Positions 1 to 9,833 of a stretch of DNA of 64,000 nucleotides are shown piece by piece. Within the stretch, counting starts at the first letter, position 1; the number at the start of each line of letters is the position of its first letter. Where the stretch lies: NCBI GenBank assembly GCA_031417555.1, contig JANOVV010000112.1, forward strand, positions 45,559-109,558, written 5' to 3'. Under the pieces are notes generated by a model. It saw nothing but the letters and a program-made list of their open reading frames with translations, was not told where the DNA came from and ran no database searches. The position numbers and the translations under genes are program-made. This stretch comes from Bacteroidota bacterium (GTDB lineage: Bacteria; Bacteroidota; Bacteroidia; AKYH767-A; 2013-40CM-41-45).

Positions 1-1323
1 CGGGGAAAGCAGACATATGACCGGAACCCATCGATCATGAAGACTTCTGCCTGTTATTAATCCAAATGAAAACAAACCCAGCAATGGGCCATAGGTATAC
101 CCTGCTATGGTAAATAATTTACTGATTACTGCTTCATCATTAATTATTCTGAAAATGACGATAAGAAGCAATAAAAGAATGGCAAAACTAATATGGACCG
201 TATACCTCACATTTTTTTGTTTTTTTTCGGACCAGTTCTTCTTTTTTAGGCCCAGAAAATCAATACAAAATGAAGATGTAAGAGCTGTAAGAGCACCATC
301 GGCACTTGGATAAGCAGCAGAGATTAATCCAATAATAAAAAAAATACCGGCGGCAATACCAAGATAATTTAAAGCAATTAATGGAAAAAGGTTATCCTCT
401 TTTCCGGGAGGAGGAATTGCTATTCCTTTTGCATGAGCAAACTGATATAATAATGCTCCAAGGAAAAGAAAAAGCAGATTGATAAAGACTAAAACTATGC
501 TAAAAATATACATGTTTTTCTGAGAATCTTTCAGTGTTTTTACGCTGATATTTTTTTGCATCATTTCCTGATCCAGGCCGGTCATTGCAATGGCAATAAA
601 AATACCACCAAAGAAATGTTTCAGATAGAAAGACTTTGCACGCCAGTCATTATTCACCATCTGAGTATAGCCTTCGTCAGTAATTTTACGTACGATATTA
701 CTGAAAGACATGCCGGATTCTTTGAAAATTAAAACAACAGATAAAACTACTGCCAATAACATAAACGAGGTTTGAAGTGTATCTGTCCATACAATAGTTT
801 TTACACCTCCCTTATAAGTATAAAGTAGAATGAGAAAAATAAAAGTAGCAACTGTAACCCAAAATGGTATACCCCAGCTATCAAAAACAAATGTTTGCAA
901 AACGTTTACAACTATGAATAACCGGAAAGATGCTCCAATGGCACGGGATAAAATAAAATAGAATGCACCTGTCTTATAACTCCAGAAGCCCAACCTGTTT
1001 TCGAGGTATGAATAAATGGAAGTTAGATTCATTTTGTAATACGTAGGAAGTAGAACGTTTGCTATAACGGTATATCCAATCAGATAACCGAAAACAACCA
1101 TCATATAAGTAAAATGGGTTGGACCTACGAGTCCGGGTACAGACATAAAAGTTACTCCCGACAAGGAAGCGCCTATCATTCCATAGGCTACGAGGTACCA
1201 TTTCGATGATTTATTACCGATAAAGTAAGATTCATTATCAGCATTTCTGCTAGTCCGCCAAACGACATAAAACAAAAGAATAGAATAAGCAGAAACGCAT
1301 AAAAGAATTAGCGATGGGGACAT
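1..1323 (-). CDS. Sodium:solute symporter (SSF) family transporter; partial. The start is at 1323 and the C-terminal part runs off the window start.
   Basis: Manual reverse-complement translation from the ATG at 1323 stays open down to position 1 (about 440 codons). The product is hydrophobic and multi-TM, with SSF-like segments (SYFIGNKSSKWYLVAYGMIGASLSGVTFMSVPG; GLDQEMMQK). The ORF track omits it because the stop lies outside the window; the listed 974-1201 ORF is in a different frame. Confidence 0.6.
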   Translation of the reverse strand, partial: MSPSLILLCVSAYSILLFYVVWRTSRNADNESYFIGNKSSKWYLVAYGMIGASLSGVTFMSVPGLVGPTHFTYMMVVFGYLIGYTVIANVLLPTYYKMNLTSIYSYLENRLGFWSYKTGAFYFILSRAIGASFRLFIVVNVLQTFVFDSWGIPFWVTVATFIFLILLYTYKGGVKTIVWTDTLQTSFMLLAVVLSVVLIFKESGMSFSNIVRKITDEGYTQMVNNDWRAKSFYLKHFFGGIFIAIAMTGLDQEMMQKNISVKTLKDSQKNMYIFSIVLVFINLLFLFLGALLYQFAHAKGIAIPPPGKEDNLFPLIALNYLGIAAGIFFIIGLISAAYPSADGALTALTSSFCIDFLGLKKKNWSEKKQKNVRYTVHISFAILLLLLIVIFRIINDEAVISKLFTIAGYTYGPLLGLFSFGLITGRSLHDRWVPVICLLSP

Positions 1324-1408
1324 GAAACAGGTTGTGTATAAGAACCGAAGTAAGTAATTTAGCCCCAATAGAGTTAACGAATTACTTCAATTTTATTAAC
1401 AATAACCA

Positions 1409-2038
1409 ATGAGTAGTTTTTCATCGAAAATACTTGACGAAGCTGTACTAGAATTCAGCCGCTTGCCGGGAATTGGCAAACGTTCGGCATTAAGGCTGGT
1501 GCTTCATCTTTTAAAAACTCCCCAGGAGGATGTTAAGCGTCTTGGGCTTTCCATTCAAAGACTTCGTGAAGAGATCAGGTATTGTAAAGTATGTAATAAT
1601 ATATCAGACACTGAATTATGTGGAATTTGTTCTGACCCTAGAAGGGATGAATCATTAATTTGTGTTGTTGAGGACATTCGTGATATTATTGCCATTGAGA
1701 ATACAAATCAATTTAAGGGAAGGTATCATGTATTAGGCGGGATTATTTCACCTATGGATGGCATTGGCCCGGGGAACCTAAATATATCAACCTTAATAGA
1801 GCGATTGAGTCATCCGGAGGTAAAAGAAATAATAATGGCCTTAAGTGCAACCATGGAAGGAGATACAACAGCTTTTTTTATCTATAAAAAAATTCATCAA
1901 TCAGGATTTACCGGATTTCGTTTCTCCACCATAGCTCGAGGAGTTTCTATTGGTGATGAACTTGAATATGCTGATGAGGTAACTCTCGGAAGGTCGATAT
2001 TAAATCGTGTTCCTTATGAGAATTCGATGTTGCGATAG
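1409..2038 (+). CDS. recR: Recombination protein RecR
   Basis: N-terminal helix-hairpin-helix [13 protein letters not shown]4 zinc finger CKVCNN..CGICSD; Toprim region. Length 209 aa. Confidence 0.9.
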   Translation: MSSFSSKILDEAVLEFSRLPGIGKRSALRLVLHLLKTPQEDVKRLGLSIQRLREEIRYCKVCNNISDTELCGICSDPRRDESLICVVEDIRDIIAIENTNQFKGRYHVLGGIISPMDGIGPGNLNISTLIERLSHPEVKEIIMALSATMEGDTTAFFIYKKIHQSGFTGFRFSTIARGVSIGDELEYADEVTLGRSILNRVPYENSMLR

Positions 2039-2242
2039 TAAGCGAATTGATTATTTATTTGTTCACTTTTACGGGTGTAAAAAAAAACAGGCATTGCATT
2101 TTTAAATCAAATAAAAATGTCATTTTTAAGTTTTGATAAATTATCTAATTACATAATCTATTAATGTTAATTCTATAAAACAATTTCTGCATAAAATGAA
2201 ATCGAATAGGTTATTAATTAATGAATCAACTAATTTTTCTCG

Positions 2243-4210
2243 GTGAAACTATCTGTAATCATTGTCAATTACAATGTAAAATACTTTCTTGAACAGTGCC
2301 TGCATTCTGTTCAGAAGGCGTGTACAAATCTGGATTTTGAAATTTGGGTTGTAGACAATAATTCTGTGGATGGGTCTGTAGAAATGGTCCAACAGAAATT
2401 TCCGGCGGTTAAAATAATTTCCAACAATCATAATAATGGTTTCTCAAAAGCGAATAATCAGGCTATTGTGAAATCATCCGGAGAGTATATTTTGCTGCTC
2501 AATCCGGATACTGTTGTAGAAGAAGATACTTTTTCTAAAATAATAGAATTTATGGACAGCCATCCTGAAGCAGGAGCTTTAGGTGTAAAGATGATAGACG
2601 GCAGTGGAAGATTTTTGCCTGAATCCAAACGTGGCCTTCCCACCTACGATGTTGCATTTTATAAAATATTTGGTTTATCGGCACTTTTTCCGAAATCCAA
2701 AACTTTTGGTAAATATCATCTGGGATTTTTGGATGAAAATAAAACCAATGAAGTTGACATACTAGCAGGTGCATTTATGTTTTTGAGACACAAGGCTCTT
2801 GATAAAAGCGGTTTATTGGACGAAGATTTTTTTATGTATGGAGAAGACATTGATTTATCTTACCGCATTCAGAAATCGGGATTCAAAAATTATTATTTTC
2901 CTGAAACACGAATCATTCACTATAAAGGAGAGAGTACTAAAAGAAGCAGCGTTAATTATGTATTTGTTTTTTATAATGCAATGATCATTTTTGCAAAAAA
3001 ACATTTTTCTAAATCGAATGCTTCATTATTTTCTTTTTTCATTCGAATAGCCATTTATCTTCGGGCTTTCACTGCATTGATTTCACGGTTTATAAAATTT
3101 GCTTTTTTGCCGATTCTGGATTTGATCTTAGTGTATACAGGAATTTATATAATGAAAAATTATTGGAGCAGTAATTTCTCCATTCATTATCCGGAAGCTT
3201 TTCTACTTGTTGCTGTTCCTCTTTATTGTTTAATATGGGTTGTTACAATATTTTTCAGCGGAGGATACGATTTACCTATAAAGCCTTCGCGGATAGTTCG
3301 GGGAATATTTTCGGGTACTGTTTTAATATTAATTATTTATGCGCTATTACCGGAAGAATTGAGGTTTTCCAGGGCATTAATTCTTTTGGGAGCCTTTTGG
3401 GCCAGTGCAATAATTATTACATCTAGGCTTATAATTAATTTATTTTCAAAAAAATTCTCTCTTGCAGAAGAAACAAAAAAGAGATTGATAATAGTCGGAA
3501 ATGATGAAGAAGGAAACAGGATTCTTTCCTTATTAAAACTCTCCGAAACTATGCATCACTTTATTGGTTTTGTAAAACCTTCTTTTACAGAGGAAGGTTT
3601 AAAGATTTCGCCTGAATATTCACAATATTTTCTGGGAAAAGCAGACAGGCTTCAGGAATTAATAGAAGTTTATAGAATCGAAGAAATCATTTTCTGTGGT
3701 AAGGATGTTTCATCTCAGGAAATAATTAATTTTATGTCGTTGACATCAGGTTCAAATGTTGAATATAAGATTGCTCCTCCTGAAAGTCTTTTTATTATTG
3801 GAAGCAGCAGCGTTGAAGATCCGGGCGAACTTTATATTATAGATATTAATGATATCAATAAAAAAGTAAATCGAAGAAATAAACGATTGATGGATATTTT
3901 AATCAGCCTTCTTTTACTAGTAACTTGTCCACTTGTCATTTTAACTCAAAGAAACGGACTTGAGTTTATAAAGAATATTTTCAAAGTACTTTCAGGCAAA
4001 ATATCTTGGGTCGGTTATGCCGGAAGGGTATTAATGCTGCCTAAAATTAAAAGTGGAGTATTAAATCCGCTTGATAGCCTTCATAGCAAGATTAACGATG
4101 AATTAACAATTAACAGGTTAAATTCCTTATATGCCAGAGATTACAGAGTTTATACAGACTTAAACATCCTTCGCAGGGGTTGGAGAAATTTAGGCCGTAT
4201 GACTGCTTGA
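2243..4210 (+). CDS. Family 2 glycosyltransferase fused to a multi-TM region and a C-terminal bacterial sugar-transferase-like (phosphoglycosyl transferase) remnant
   Basis: GT2 N-terminus (VIIVNYN...DNNSVDGS...LLNPDTV...YGEDIDLSYR). The central part is hydrophobic. Next comes a WbaP-like Rossmann segment (LIIVGNDEEG). The last part of the protein resembles only the start and end of the Bac_transf domain (KRLMDILISLLLLVTCPLVIL; GKISWVGYAG), with the catalytic middle absent. GTG start. Confidence 0.7.
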   Translation: MKLSVIIVNYNVKYFLEQCLHSVQKACTNLDFEIWVVDNNSVDGSVEMVQQKFPAVKIISNNHNNGFSKANNQAIVKSSGEYILLLNPDTVVEEDTFSKIIEFMDSHPEAGALGVKMIDGSGRFLPESKRGLPTYDVAFYKIFGLSALFPKSKTFGKYHLGFLDENKTNEVDILAGAFMFLRHKALDKSGLLDEDFFMYGEDIDLSYRIQKSGFKNYYFPETRIIHYKGESTKRSSVNYVFVFYNAMIIFAKKHFSKSNASLFSFFIRIAIYLRAFTALISRFIKFAFLPILDLILVYTGIYIMKNYWSSNFSIHYPEAFLLVAVPLYCLIWVVTIFFSGGYDLPIKPSRIVRGIFSGTVLILIIYALLPEELRFSRALILLGAFWASAIIITSRLIINLFSKKFSLAEETKKRLIIVGNDEEGNRILSLLKLSETMHHFIGFVKPSFTEEGLKISPEYSQYFLGKADRLQELIEVYRIEEIIFCGKDVSSQEIINFMSLTSGSNVEYKIAPPESLFIIGSSSVEDPGELYIIDINDINKKVNRRNKRLMDILISLLLLVTCPLVILTQRNGLEFIKNIFKVLSGKISWVGYAGRVLMLPKIKSGVLNPLDSLHSKINDELTINRLNSLYARDYRVYTDLNILRRGWRNLGRMTA

Positions 4211-4264
4211 TAACCTGAATTATTTCTAAATTTGTGTTTTACTAAATATTATAAAATATCCGGA

Positions 4265-5569
4265 ATGGTCAAACTAATCATGCCCAAAATGGGAGAAAGT
4301 GTTGCAGAAGCAACTATTCTCAAATGGTTAAAGAAGGAAGGCGATCGTGTGGAAGCCGACGAGTCTATTCTGGAAATTGCGACTGATAAAGTCGATACCG
4401 AAGTCCCTTCGCCTGCTTCGGGAATATTAACCAAGTGCCTTTTTTCTGAAGGTCAGGTTGTAAAAGTCGGAGAGGTAATCGCTATGATTGCTTCTGAGAA
4501 AGAAGATCAAGTTGTAACTCCTACTCCATCATCTTCCGTACCGGAGAAAACTTCCAATTCATCTTCTAATGGAAAACATTTGCAACAACAAGCAATGAGT
4601 GCAAGCCCAATGAATGTAGATACAATTCCAAAAACATCATCAGAAGGAAGATTTTATTCTCCACTTGTTCGGAATATTGCGAAAGAAAGTGGCTTGAGTA
4701 TTAAAGAACTTGAACAAATTCAAGGAAGCGGATCGAATAATCGTTTAACGAAACAAGACCTTCTAAAGCATTTGGAAAATAAAAGTAGTCAGGTTGAAAT
4801 CCAAACTCCAATTTCAACAGGCACTGTTAAGTCTGTTCCGCCAACTATTTCATCAAGTGGAAATGTAGAAATTATTGAGATGGATCGCATGAGGAAACTT
4901 ATTGCCGACCACATGGTAATGTCAAAACATACATCGCCTCATGTGACCTCTTTTGTTGAAGCGGATGTAACCAATATGGTAAAGTGGCGTGAACTCGTTA
5001 AGGGTGATTTTGAAAAGAGAGAAAAAGAAAAAATTACATTTACGCCATTGTTTATTGAAGCTGTATGTAAAGCGATTAAAGATTTTCCGATGATTAACAT
5101 TTCGGTTGATAGAACTAAAATTATTATTAAGAAAGATATAAATATTGGAATGGCGACTGCACTTCCGTCGGGAAACCTTATTGTTCCGGTAATAAAAAAT
5201 GCGGATTATTTGAATCTGATTGGAATTACTAAGATGGTAAACGATCTTGCCAACCGTGCGAGAAATAATAAATTAAAGCCTGAAGAAATTCAGGATGGAA
5301 CATTTACAATTACCAACGTTGGAACTTTTGGAAATGTGATGGGCACTCCGATAATCAACCAGCCACAAGTTGCAATACTGGCATTAGGAGCTATTCGCAA
5401 AAAACCTGTTGTAATTGAAACTCCGGAGGGCGATACTATAGGAATCAGACAAATGATGTTTTTATCTTTATCCTATGATCATCGTGTAGTTGATGGTAGT
5501 TTGGGCGGTAGTTTTTTAAGACGTATTGCCGATTACCTTGAACAATTTGATGCATCACGGCAGATTTGA
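4265..5569 (+). CDS. 2-oxoacid dehydrogenase E2 component (dihydrolipoamide acyltransferase)
   Basis: Lipoyl domain (MPKMGESVAEATILKWLKKEGD...EIATDKV). Ser/Pro-rich linker. E3-binding segment. Catalytic domain with SLSYDHRVVDG. The ORF opens at 4232; the M at 4265 or 4280 is more plausible as the real start. Confidence 0.8.
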   Translation: MVKLIMPKMGESVAEATILKWLKKEGDRVEADESILEIATDKVDTEVPSPASGILTKCLFSEGQVVKVGEVIAMIASEKEDQVVTPTPSSSVPEKTSNSSSNGKHLQQQAMSASPMNVDTIPKTSSEGRFYSPLVRNIAKESGLSIKELEQIQGSGSNNRLTKQDLLKHLENKSSQVEIQTPISTGTVKSVPPTISSSGNVEIIEMDRMRKLIADHMVMSKHTSPHVTSFVEADVTNMVKWRELVKGDFEKREKEKITFTPLFIEAVCKAIKDFPMINISVDRTKIIIKKDINIGMATALPSGNLIVPVIKNADYLNLIGITKMVNDLANRARNNKLKPEEIQDGTFTITNVGTFGNVMGTPIINQPQVAILALGAIRKKPVVIETPEGDTIGIRQMMFLSLSYDHRVVDGSLGGSFLRRIADYLEQFDASRQI

Positions 5570-5593
5570 TATTTTATTCGTTTAATTTTATCT

Positions 5594-7180
5594 ATGGTTA
5601 AAGGATTATTTCTTTTTCTTTTTCTTTCTATTGCACCAGCTGTCGTTATTGCACAGAAAACAAAACCACACCTACTTTCCAAATCAGAAATAAAAAAATT
5701 AAAAAAAGAAGGCTCAATAAAGTTTGCGGCATCGGATTATAAGAATGCTTTAAATTCTTATCTGGAGCTTTATAAAACGGATCCTCAAAATATAGATTAT
5801 ATTTATAGGATTGGCTTTTGTTATTTAGAAACTTCCATTGATAAACGAGCGGCTATGAAGTATCTTGAGATAGCCAATCAATCGAAAGTTGCTAAAAAGG
5901 AATGGATTTATTTTCTAGGTTTAGCATACATGTATAATGAAAAGTGGGACGAAGCTATTAATGCTTTCAATACTTATAAAGAAACGTCACGATCAAAGCT
6001 TATTAAAGATTTTTTAAATCCTGTGCGTATGATAGAGATGTGTATAAATGGTAAAGAACTCTCATCTAATCCTGTTCACTGTAGATTTACAAATCTTGGA
6101 AGAAATATTAATTCCCCATTTGAAGAATACAATCCATTTATCTCTGCTGATGAAAAATCAATTGTATTTACTTCTCGTCGAAAGGGAAATGTTGGAGGAT
6201 ATATTGAAGAACTCGGCTTATATACTGCAGACATATATCGTTCACTTTGGAAAGATACAGCTTGGGGTAAGTCAAAAAATATGGGTGCCGGTATTAATTC
6301 GGAATGGGATGAAGAATCGGTTGGGTATACATCTTTGGGTGATATGGTATTTATTTATTTTGAAACCCTTGATATATTCGGTGATTTAGGAACTTCAAGT
6401 TTAAAAGGAAAAATGTGGCAAAAATTTGAATTACTTTTTCCGCAGATTAATTCAAATGTGTATGAAGGTGGTGCCTGTATGTCGAATGATGGATCCACTA
6501 TCTTTTTTTCAAGTACAAGGAAAGACGGTCATGGAGGTACAGATATCTGGATGATTAAAAAAGGCAAAAACGGAGTTTGGGGGAATGCAATTAATCTTGG
6601 AAATACAATAAATACAATTTATGATGAAGATATTCCTTTTCTTTCCTTAGATGGAAAAAGATTATACTTTAGTTCCAAAGGTTGGAATAGTATGGGAGGC
6701 TTTGACATTTTTTATTCTGATTGGAGTGATTCATTAAAAAACTGGCTTGAACCTGTAAATATAGGTTTTCCAATTAACGATGCAGATGACAATAAATTTA
6801 TTTCATTGACAGGTGATGAAAGATTTGCTTTTGTTTCTGCGGTCAAACCGGATGGATACGGCGAAAGGGATATCTATAAAGTAGAATTTCTGGATACACT
6901 AAATCATTCTTTTTGCCAACTAATAACAGGATCAATAACAGGTCTTGGTGGAAAAATTGAAATAACAAAAATTACATTGGAAAATTTTAAGACATTAGAA
7001 CTTTCCGAATATCGTCCTGTTACTTCTACATTCCAGTTTGTCTTTGCTGTAAAACCGGGAGTATATACCTTACGTGCTGAAGGATATAATTTTTTACCTT
7101 ATACAGAAGATATTGTAGTTCATAATGAATATCCTCCGATAGAAATTAAAAGAAATATAAAAGTAAAGTCATCCAAATAA
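5594..7180 (+). CDS. Secreted TPR-repeat plus WD40-like (TolB/PD40) beta-propeller protein
   Basis: Signal peptide. TPR-like N-terminus. Repeated PD40-type segments (FTSRRKG; FFSSTRKDGHGGTDIW; YFSSKGWNSMGGFDIF). Paralogous in architecture to the OmpA-family protein at 26740-28677 but lacks the OmpA domain. Confidence 0.6.
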   Translation: MVKGLFLFLFLSIAPAVVIAQKTKPHLLSKSEIKKLKKEGSIKFAASDYKNALNSYLELYKTDPQNIDYIYRIGFCYLETSIDKRAAMKYLEIANQSKVAKKEWIYFLGLAYMYNEKWDEAINAFNTYKETSRSKLIKDFLNPVRMIEMCINGKELSSNPVHCRFTNLGRNINSPFEEYNPFISADEKSIVFTSRRKGNVGGYIEELGLYTADIYRSLWKDTAWGKSKNMGAGINSEWDEESVGYTSLGDMVFIYFETLDIFGDLGTSSLKGKMWQKFELLFPQINSNVYEGGACMSNDGSTIFFSSTRKDGHGGTDIWMIKKGKNGVWGNAINLGNTINTIYDEDIPFLSLDGKRLYFSSKGWNSMGGFDIFYSDWSDSLKNWLEPVNIGFPINDADDNKFISLTGDERFAFVSAVKPDGYGERDIYKVEFLDTLNHSFCQLITGSITGLGGKIEITKITLENFKTLELSEYRPVTSTFQFVFAVKPGVYTLRAEGYNFLPYTEDIVVHNEYPPIEIKRNIKVKSSK

Positions 7181-7183
7181 GTT

Positions 7184-7951
7184 ATGAATTTAAATTTAAA
7201 ACGCCCGCTTGTTTTCCTAGATATAGAGGCAACAGGTTTAAATATAGGAAGTGATCGGATTGTGGAAATTGCTTTATTGAAAATTTCGGCAAATGGAAAA
7301 AAAGATTCAAAAGTTTTTAAAATAAATCCGACTATACCCATTCCGGAAGAAGTTTCAAAAATTCACGGAATTTTTGATAAAGATGTGGCTGATAGTCCGA
7401 CTTTTTGTGAATTGTCTAAAGAAATAAATTCCTTTATCGGAGGTTGTGACCTGGCGGGATATAATTCAAATAAATTTGATATTCCGATGCTTATTGAAGA
7501 ATTTACGAGGTGTGATATCCACTTCGATTTAAGTTCAAGGAAACTTATTGATGTGCAAAATATTTTCCATAAGATGGAGCAACGTACTCTTGCGGCTGCT
7601 TATATGTTTTATTGCAACAAGAGTCTTGTTAATGCACATACTGCCGAAGCAGATACCAATGCTACTTTTGAAGTTCTAATTTCTCAATTAGAAAAATATG
7701 AAACACTGAAAAATGATGTTGATTTTCTTTCGCAATTCAGCAGTATCAATAAAAATGTAGACCTTGCCGGAAGAATAGTTTTTAATGAGAAGGGCGATGA
7801 AGTATTTAATTTTGGAAAATATAAAGGTCGATTAGTCAATGAAATATTTACTGCAGAGCCCTCCTACTATGATTGGATGATGAAAGGTGATTTTGCGACG
7901 AATACTAAGACTGTAATTACCCAGTTGAGGTTGCGTGGAGGGAAGAAATGA
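7184..7951 (+). CDS. DEDDh 3'-5' exonuclease (DnaQ / PolIII epsilon-like) domain protein
   Basis: Exo I motif FLDIEATGL; Exo III motif HTAEADTNAT; 255 aa. Confidence 0.7.
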   Translation: MNLNLKRPLVFLDIEATGLNIGSDRIVEIALLKISANGKKDSKVFKINPTIPIPEEVSKIHGIFDKDVADSPTFCELSKEINSFIGGCDLAGYNSNKFDIPMLIEEFTRCDIHFDLSSRKLIDVQNIFHKMEQRTLAAAYMFYCNKSLVNAHTAEADTNATFEVLISQLEKYETLKNDVDFLSQFSSINKNVDLAGRIVFNEKGDEVFNFGKYKGRLVNEIFTAEPSYYDWMMKGDFATNTKTVITQLRLRGGKK

Positions 7952-8021
7952 TATGGAAAATTATTCCGGATGTTTTCGGGATAAAGTTTATTAATTTGCT
8001 ATTATCTTATTCTATTTAAAA

Positions 8022-8633
8022 ATGAAATTCATTTGTATTGGTCGTAATTATGTGAAGCACGCATTGGAGCTTAATAATGAAATCCCCGGTGAGCCTATTT
8101 TTTTTCTTAAGCCGGATACGGCATTATTGCCAAAAGGTCAGGTATTTTATATCCCGGCGTTTTCGAATGACATACATCATGAGATTGAAATCGTTTTACG
8201 TATTTCTAAAGAAGGCAAAAATATATCGGAAGAGTTTGCATCACGGTATTATGATGCATTGACTGTCGGAATAGATTTTACGGCGAGAGACATTCAGCAG
8301 AAGCAAAAAGAAAAAGGACTTCCCTGGGAGCCGGCAAAAGCGTTTGATCATTCAGCGCCGGTGGGCAATATTATTTCATTAAATGATTTAAAGAATAAAA
8401 ATAAAATACTCTTTCACCTTGATATAAATGGTAAAACTGTTCAAAAAGGAGACAGTACTTTAATGATTAATACTTTTGAAAAAATAATCAGTTACGTTTC
8501 AAAATTTATTACACTAAGAAAAGGCGATTTGGTTTTTACAGGCACACCGGAAGGTGTTAGTCAGGTTAAAGCAGGTGATTTATTGGAATGTTATCTTGAA
8601 GATGAATGTTTGTTGAAAGTTAGCGTAAAATAA
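8022..8633 (+). CDS. Fumarylacetoacetate hydrolase (FAH) family protein
   Basis: The N-terminus MKFICIGRNYVKHALELNNEIPGEPIFFLKP and the overall pattern are typical of short FAH-family hydratases and isomerases. Confidence 0.8.
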   Translation: MKFICIGRNYVKHALELNNEIPGEPIFFLKPDTALLPKGQVFYIPAFSNDIHHEIEIVLRISKEGKNISEEFASRYYDALTVGIDFTARDIQQKQKEKGLPWEPAKAFDHSAPVGNIISLNDLKNKNKILFHLDINGKTVQKGDSTLMINTFEKIISYVSKFITLRKGDLVFTGTPEGVSQVKAGDLLECYLEDECLLKVSVK

Positions 8634-8751
8634 TTTTGGAGTTTTTTTCATGTTCTAATTTCAATAAAACACAGATATAAATTATTCTAATCGGTTTCTT
8701 TTTTTTGAGGAATGAGTTAAAAGCAACATTCTTTAAATCATGATTTTTATT

Positions 8752-9183
8752 CTATTTTAAAGTATCAGTGTTAGTAGCTCCACTTTCAATTGTATTAACA
8801 CCTTCAGAGCTGTTAATTGATTCTTTGCTTAGCAATACCTTCCATTTTCCTTCAACTTTGACAACGGGCAATTGCAATTCACCATCTTTTCCTTCTTCTT
8901 TATAATAAATTATAGCATTGTCTCCATCAATTTTTTCACGTAGAATTTCGAATTTTAAATTTTTACCTGTAGAGTCAGCACTCATTTTTTTAAATCCTGA
9001 CATCATATCAAGAAGTTTCTCAGTTTCTTCGGTACCATATTTTTTAGCTGTTTCATAATCTTCTATACTCATAGCTTTGAGAAATTTTTCTGCTAATGAA
9101 CGCGGAGTATCTTTTCCGCCACAAGCTGCAATAGAAATAGCAATGAATAAAAGAATGCGAATTGAATATTTATTGTTTTTCAT
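8752..9183 (-). CDS. Small lipoprotein of unknown function
   Basis: Signal peptide with lipobox (LLFIAISIAACGG); 143 aa; no recognisable catalytic motif. Confidence 0.5.
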   Translation of the reverse strand: MKNNKYSIRILLFIAISIAACGGKDTPRSLAEKFLKAMSIEDYETAKKYGTEETEKLLDMMSGFKKMSADSTGKNLKFEILREKIDGDNAIIYYKEEGKDGELQLPVVKVEGKWKVLLSKESINSSEGVNTIESGATNTDTLK

Positions 9184-9191
9184 TTTATGAG

Positions 9192-9833
9192 TTAAAAAGA
9201 GTAATTGATTGAATATATTTTTTTTGAATGTGAAGAAAGATAAATATTATCACATGCTTCATATTTTACACCTGAAAAAGTTGTTAAAGGTAAAAAATTT
9301 TCTTGTCCGGAAACTTTTATAAGAATTTTATAGATAAGCTCAGTACAATACATCTTATCGTCTGTGGAAAGGTTAAAACCGGTATCGAATTCTAAATTTT
9401 TCGAAAAATAATACGCAGCCAGTGAATCTATTTTTTTTCCGCTTTGATCCATACGGTAAACTGCAAAGGAATTTGATTGATGGGGGTTGCAAAAATAACT
9501 GAGGGGGTCTTTTCTCATTTTATTATTCATTCCTCGTTCACCACCTAAAATGTGGTAAACGAATACCATACCATTTTCTTTATGTATAATGCCTGCATGT
9601 GAATATCGGGGATCGGTTAATGATAGTTTGCGAAAAGCATAACTAATAACTCCCCTTCCATCACGAAATATAATATCACCTGAACGAAACAATGAATCCG
9701 GTATAACAGGTGTTTTAATTTTTCCGGTTGATTTATATGTTTGAACTATTTCTTCATTTCTATTTTTAAAAGAAATCATCAACGATGCTCCAATTAAAAA
9801 TGTAATAAGAAATAAATCAGGAAATTTTTTCAT
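9192..9833 (-). CDS. YiiX-like permuted papain-fold (NlpC/P60-related) putative hydrolase
   Basis: Signal/TM N-terminus. GDIIFRDG...SHAGIIHKE followed later by MYCTELIYKI, which is a His-before-Cys permuted arrangement as in YiiX/DUF830. Confidence 0.5.
   Translation of the reverse strand: MKKFPDLFLITFLIGASLMISFKNRNEEIVQTYKSTGKIKTPVIPDSLFRSGDIIFRDGRGVISYAFRKLSLTDPRYSHAGIIHKENGMVFVYHILGGERGMNNKMRKDPLSYFCNPHQSNSFAVYRMDQSGKKIDSLAAYYFSKNLEFDTGFNLSTDDKMYCTELIYKILIKVSGQENFLPLTTFSGVKYEACDNIYLSSHSKKIYSINYSF

Noticed and set aside
107-313. 68-aa plus-strand ORF from the track
   Set aside because: It lies entirely antisense within the long open minus-strand frame of the SSF transporter. It has a low-complexity poly-F stretch and no support.
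974-1201. 75-aa minus-strand ORF from the track
   Set aside because: It is in a different frame from the continuous symporter reading frame that I translated manually from 1323 down to position 1. It is a frame artefact.
2249-2774. Three minus-strand ORFs of 60-74 aa antisense to the GT2 gene
   Set aside because: These are shadow ORFs inside a well-supported GT2 coding region.
6048-6389. 113-aa alternative-frame ORF inside the TPR/PD40 gene
   Set aside because: It is on the same strand but out of frame with a gene that has consistent PD40 repeats. It is an artefact.
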